From the human T2T-CHM13v2.0 reference genome, Homo sapiens: a stretch of 64,000 nucleotides of DNA. The DNA is taken from the NCBI RefSeq assembly GCF_009914755.1, contig NC_060936.1; one strand, given 5' to 3'. Shown piece by piece: positions 62,749-64,000 of this stretch. The notes below the pieces were generated by a model. That model ran no database searches, had not been told where the DNA came from, and saw nothing but the letters and a program-made list of their open reading frames with translations. Within the stretch, counting starts at the first letter, position 1, and each line of letters opens with the position of its first letter. A program made the position numbers and the translations under genes.

Positions 62749-63069
62749 GGCTGGGCATGGTGGCTCACACCTGTAATCCCAGCACTCTGGGAGGCCGAGG
62801 CAGGCAGATCACAAGATCAGGAGATCAAGACCATCCTGGCCAACATGGTGAAACCTGTCTCTACTGAAAATACGAAAAATTAGCCGGGCGTGGTGGTGGG
62901 AGTCTGTAGTCCCAGCTACTCAGGAGGCTGAAGCAGGAGAATGGCATGAACCCAGGAGGTGGAACTTGCAGTGAGCCGAGATCCCACCACTGCACTCCAG
63001 CCTGGGCAACAGAGCAAGACTCAGTCTCAAAAAAAATAAATAAATAAAATTAAAAAATTAAAAAAAATA
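62749..63069 (+). mobile_element. Alu (AluS-type)
   Basis: Full dimer; the tail abuts the L1 5' end. Confidence 0.95.
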
Positions 63070-64000
63070 GAGGTTCCAAGATGGCTGAATAGGAACAGCT
63101 CCAGTCTACAGCTCCCAGCATGAGCGATGCAGAAGACGGATGATTTCTGCATTTCCAACTGAGGTACCGGGTTCATCTCACTGGGGCTTGTCAGACAGTG
63201 GGTGCAGGACAGTGGGTGCAGCGCACCAAGCATGAGCCAAAGCAGGGCGAGGCATCCCCTCACCCGGGAAACGCAAGGGGTCAGGGAATTCCCTTTCCTA
63301 GCCAAGGGAAGCTGAGACAGACAGCACCTGGAAAATCGGGTCACTCTCACCCTAATACTGCGCTTTATCCAACGGTCCTAGCAAATGGCACACCAGGAGA
63401 TTATATCCCGCACCTGGCTCAGAGGGTCCCACGCCCATGGAGCCTCGCTCATTGCTAGCACAGCAGTCTGAGATTGAACTGCAAGGTGGCAGCAAGGCTG
63501 GGGGAGGGGCCCCCACCATTGCTGAGGCTTGAGTAGGTAAACAAAGCAGCCAGGAAGCTCAAACTGGGTGGAGCTCACCACAGCTCAAGGAGGCCTGCCT
63601 GCCTCTGTAGACTCCACCTCTGGGGGCAGGGCATAGAGGCAGCAGAAATTTCTGCAGACTTAAATGTCCCTGTCTGACAGCTTTGAAGAGAGTAGTGGTT
63701 CTCTCAACACAGAGTTTGAGATCTGAGAACAGACAGACTGCCTCCTCAAGTGGGTCCCGGACTCCCGAGTAGCCTAACTGGGAGGCACCTCCCAGTAGGG
63801 GCCGACTGACACCTCACATGGCTGGGTCCCCCTCTGAGATGAAGCTTCCAGAGGAACGATCAGGCAGCAACATTTGCTATTCTGCAATATTCGCTGTTCT
63901 GCAGGCTCCGCTGGTGATACCCAGGCAAACAGGGTCTGGAGTGGACCTCCAGCAAAGTCCAACAGACCTGCAGCTGAGGGTTCTGACTGTTAGAAGGAAA
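63070..64000 (+). mobile_element. L1PA 5' UTR (L1PA4-6-like; 5' end intact, element continues beyond window)
   Basis: Begins gaggttccaagatggctgaataggaacagctcc (YY1 motif); continuous 5' UTR to cagctgagggttctgactgttagaaggaaa. Confidence 0.95.
63352..63519 (-). other. L1 ORF0 copy, truncated at 55 aa
   Basis: MVGAPPPALLPPCSSISDCCASNERGSMGVGPSEPGAGYNLLVCHLLGPLDKAQY* resembles the primate L1 ORF0 N-terminus (MAGAPPPASLPPCSLISDCCASN...). An apparent +1 frameshift near the end gives an early stop. Confidence 0.8.

Overview
Primate (human-like) genomic DNA from inside the ANO2 (anoctamin-2/TMEM16B, Ca2+-activated Cl- channel) gene, which runs on the minus strand. Only two coding exons are supported. 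A 75-nt phase-0/0 exon (13255-13329, [25 protein letters not shown]) is missing from the ORF track. A 196-nt phase-0/1 exon (209-404, [15 protein letters not shown]...WLTKI) follows it. Together they encode the end of the first intracellular loop, TM3 and TM4. The rest is intron (12.85 kb between the exons, >50 kb upstream) filled with Alu, L1, L2, MIR, L3/CR1, an LTR, DNA-transposon relics and microsatellites, ending in the 5' UTR of an L1PA element. Most ORFs in the track are repeat-derived or chance. I found no prokaryote-type system or CRISPR array. Leading hypotheses, all unverified: (1) an exon-like segment at 30.7 kb resembling the ANO1 alternative 'segment d', in the homologous intron; (2) an L1 antisense-promoter/ORF0 unit pointing in the ANO2 sense direction, with a phase-matched cryptic exon 5 kb downstream; (3) an RBFOX/competing-donor module on the 75-nt exon; (4) a switch in Alu/L1 orientation near 39-42 kb. 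Repeat boundaries and subfamily names were assigned by eye and are approximate.
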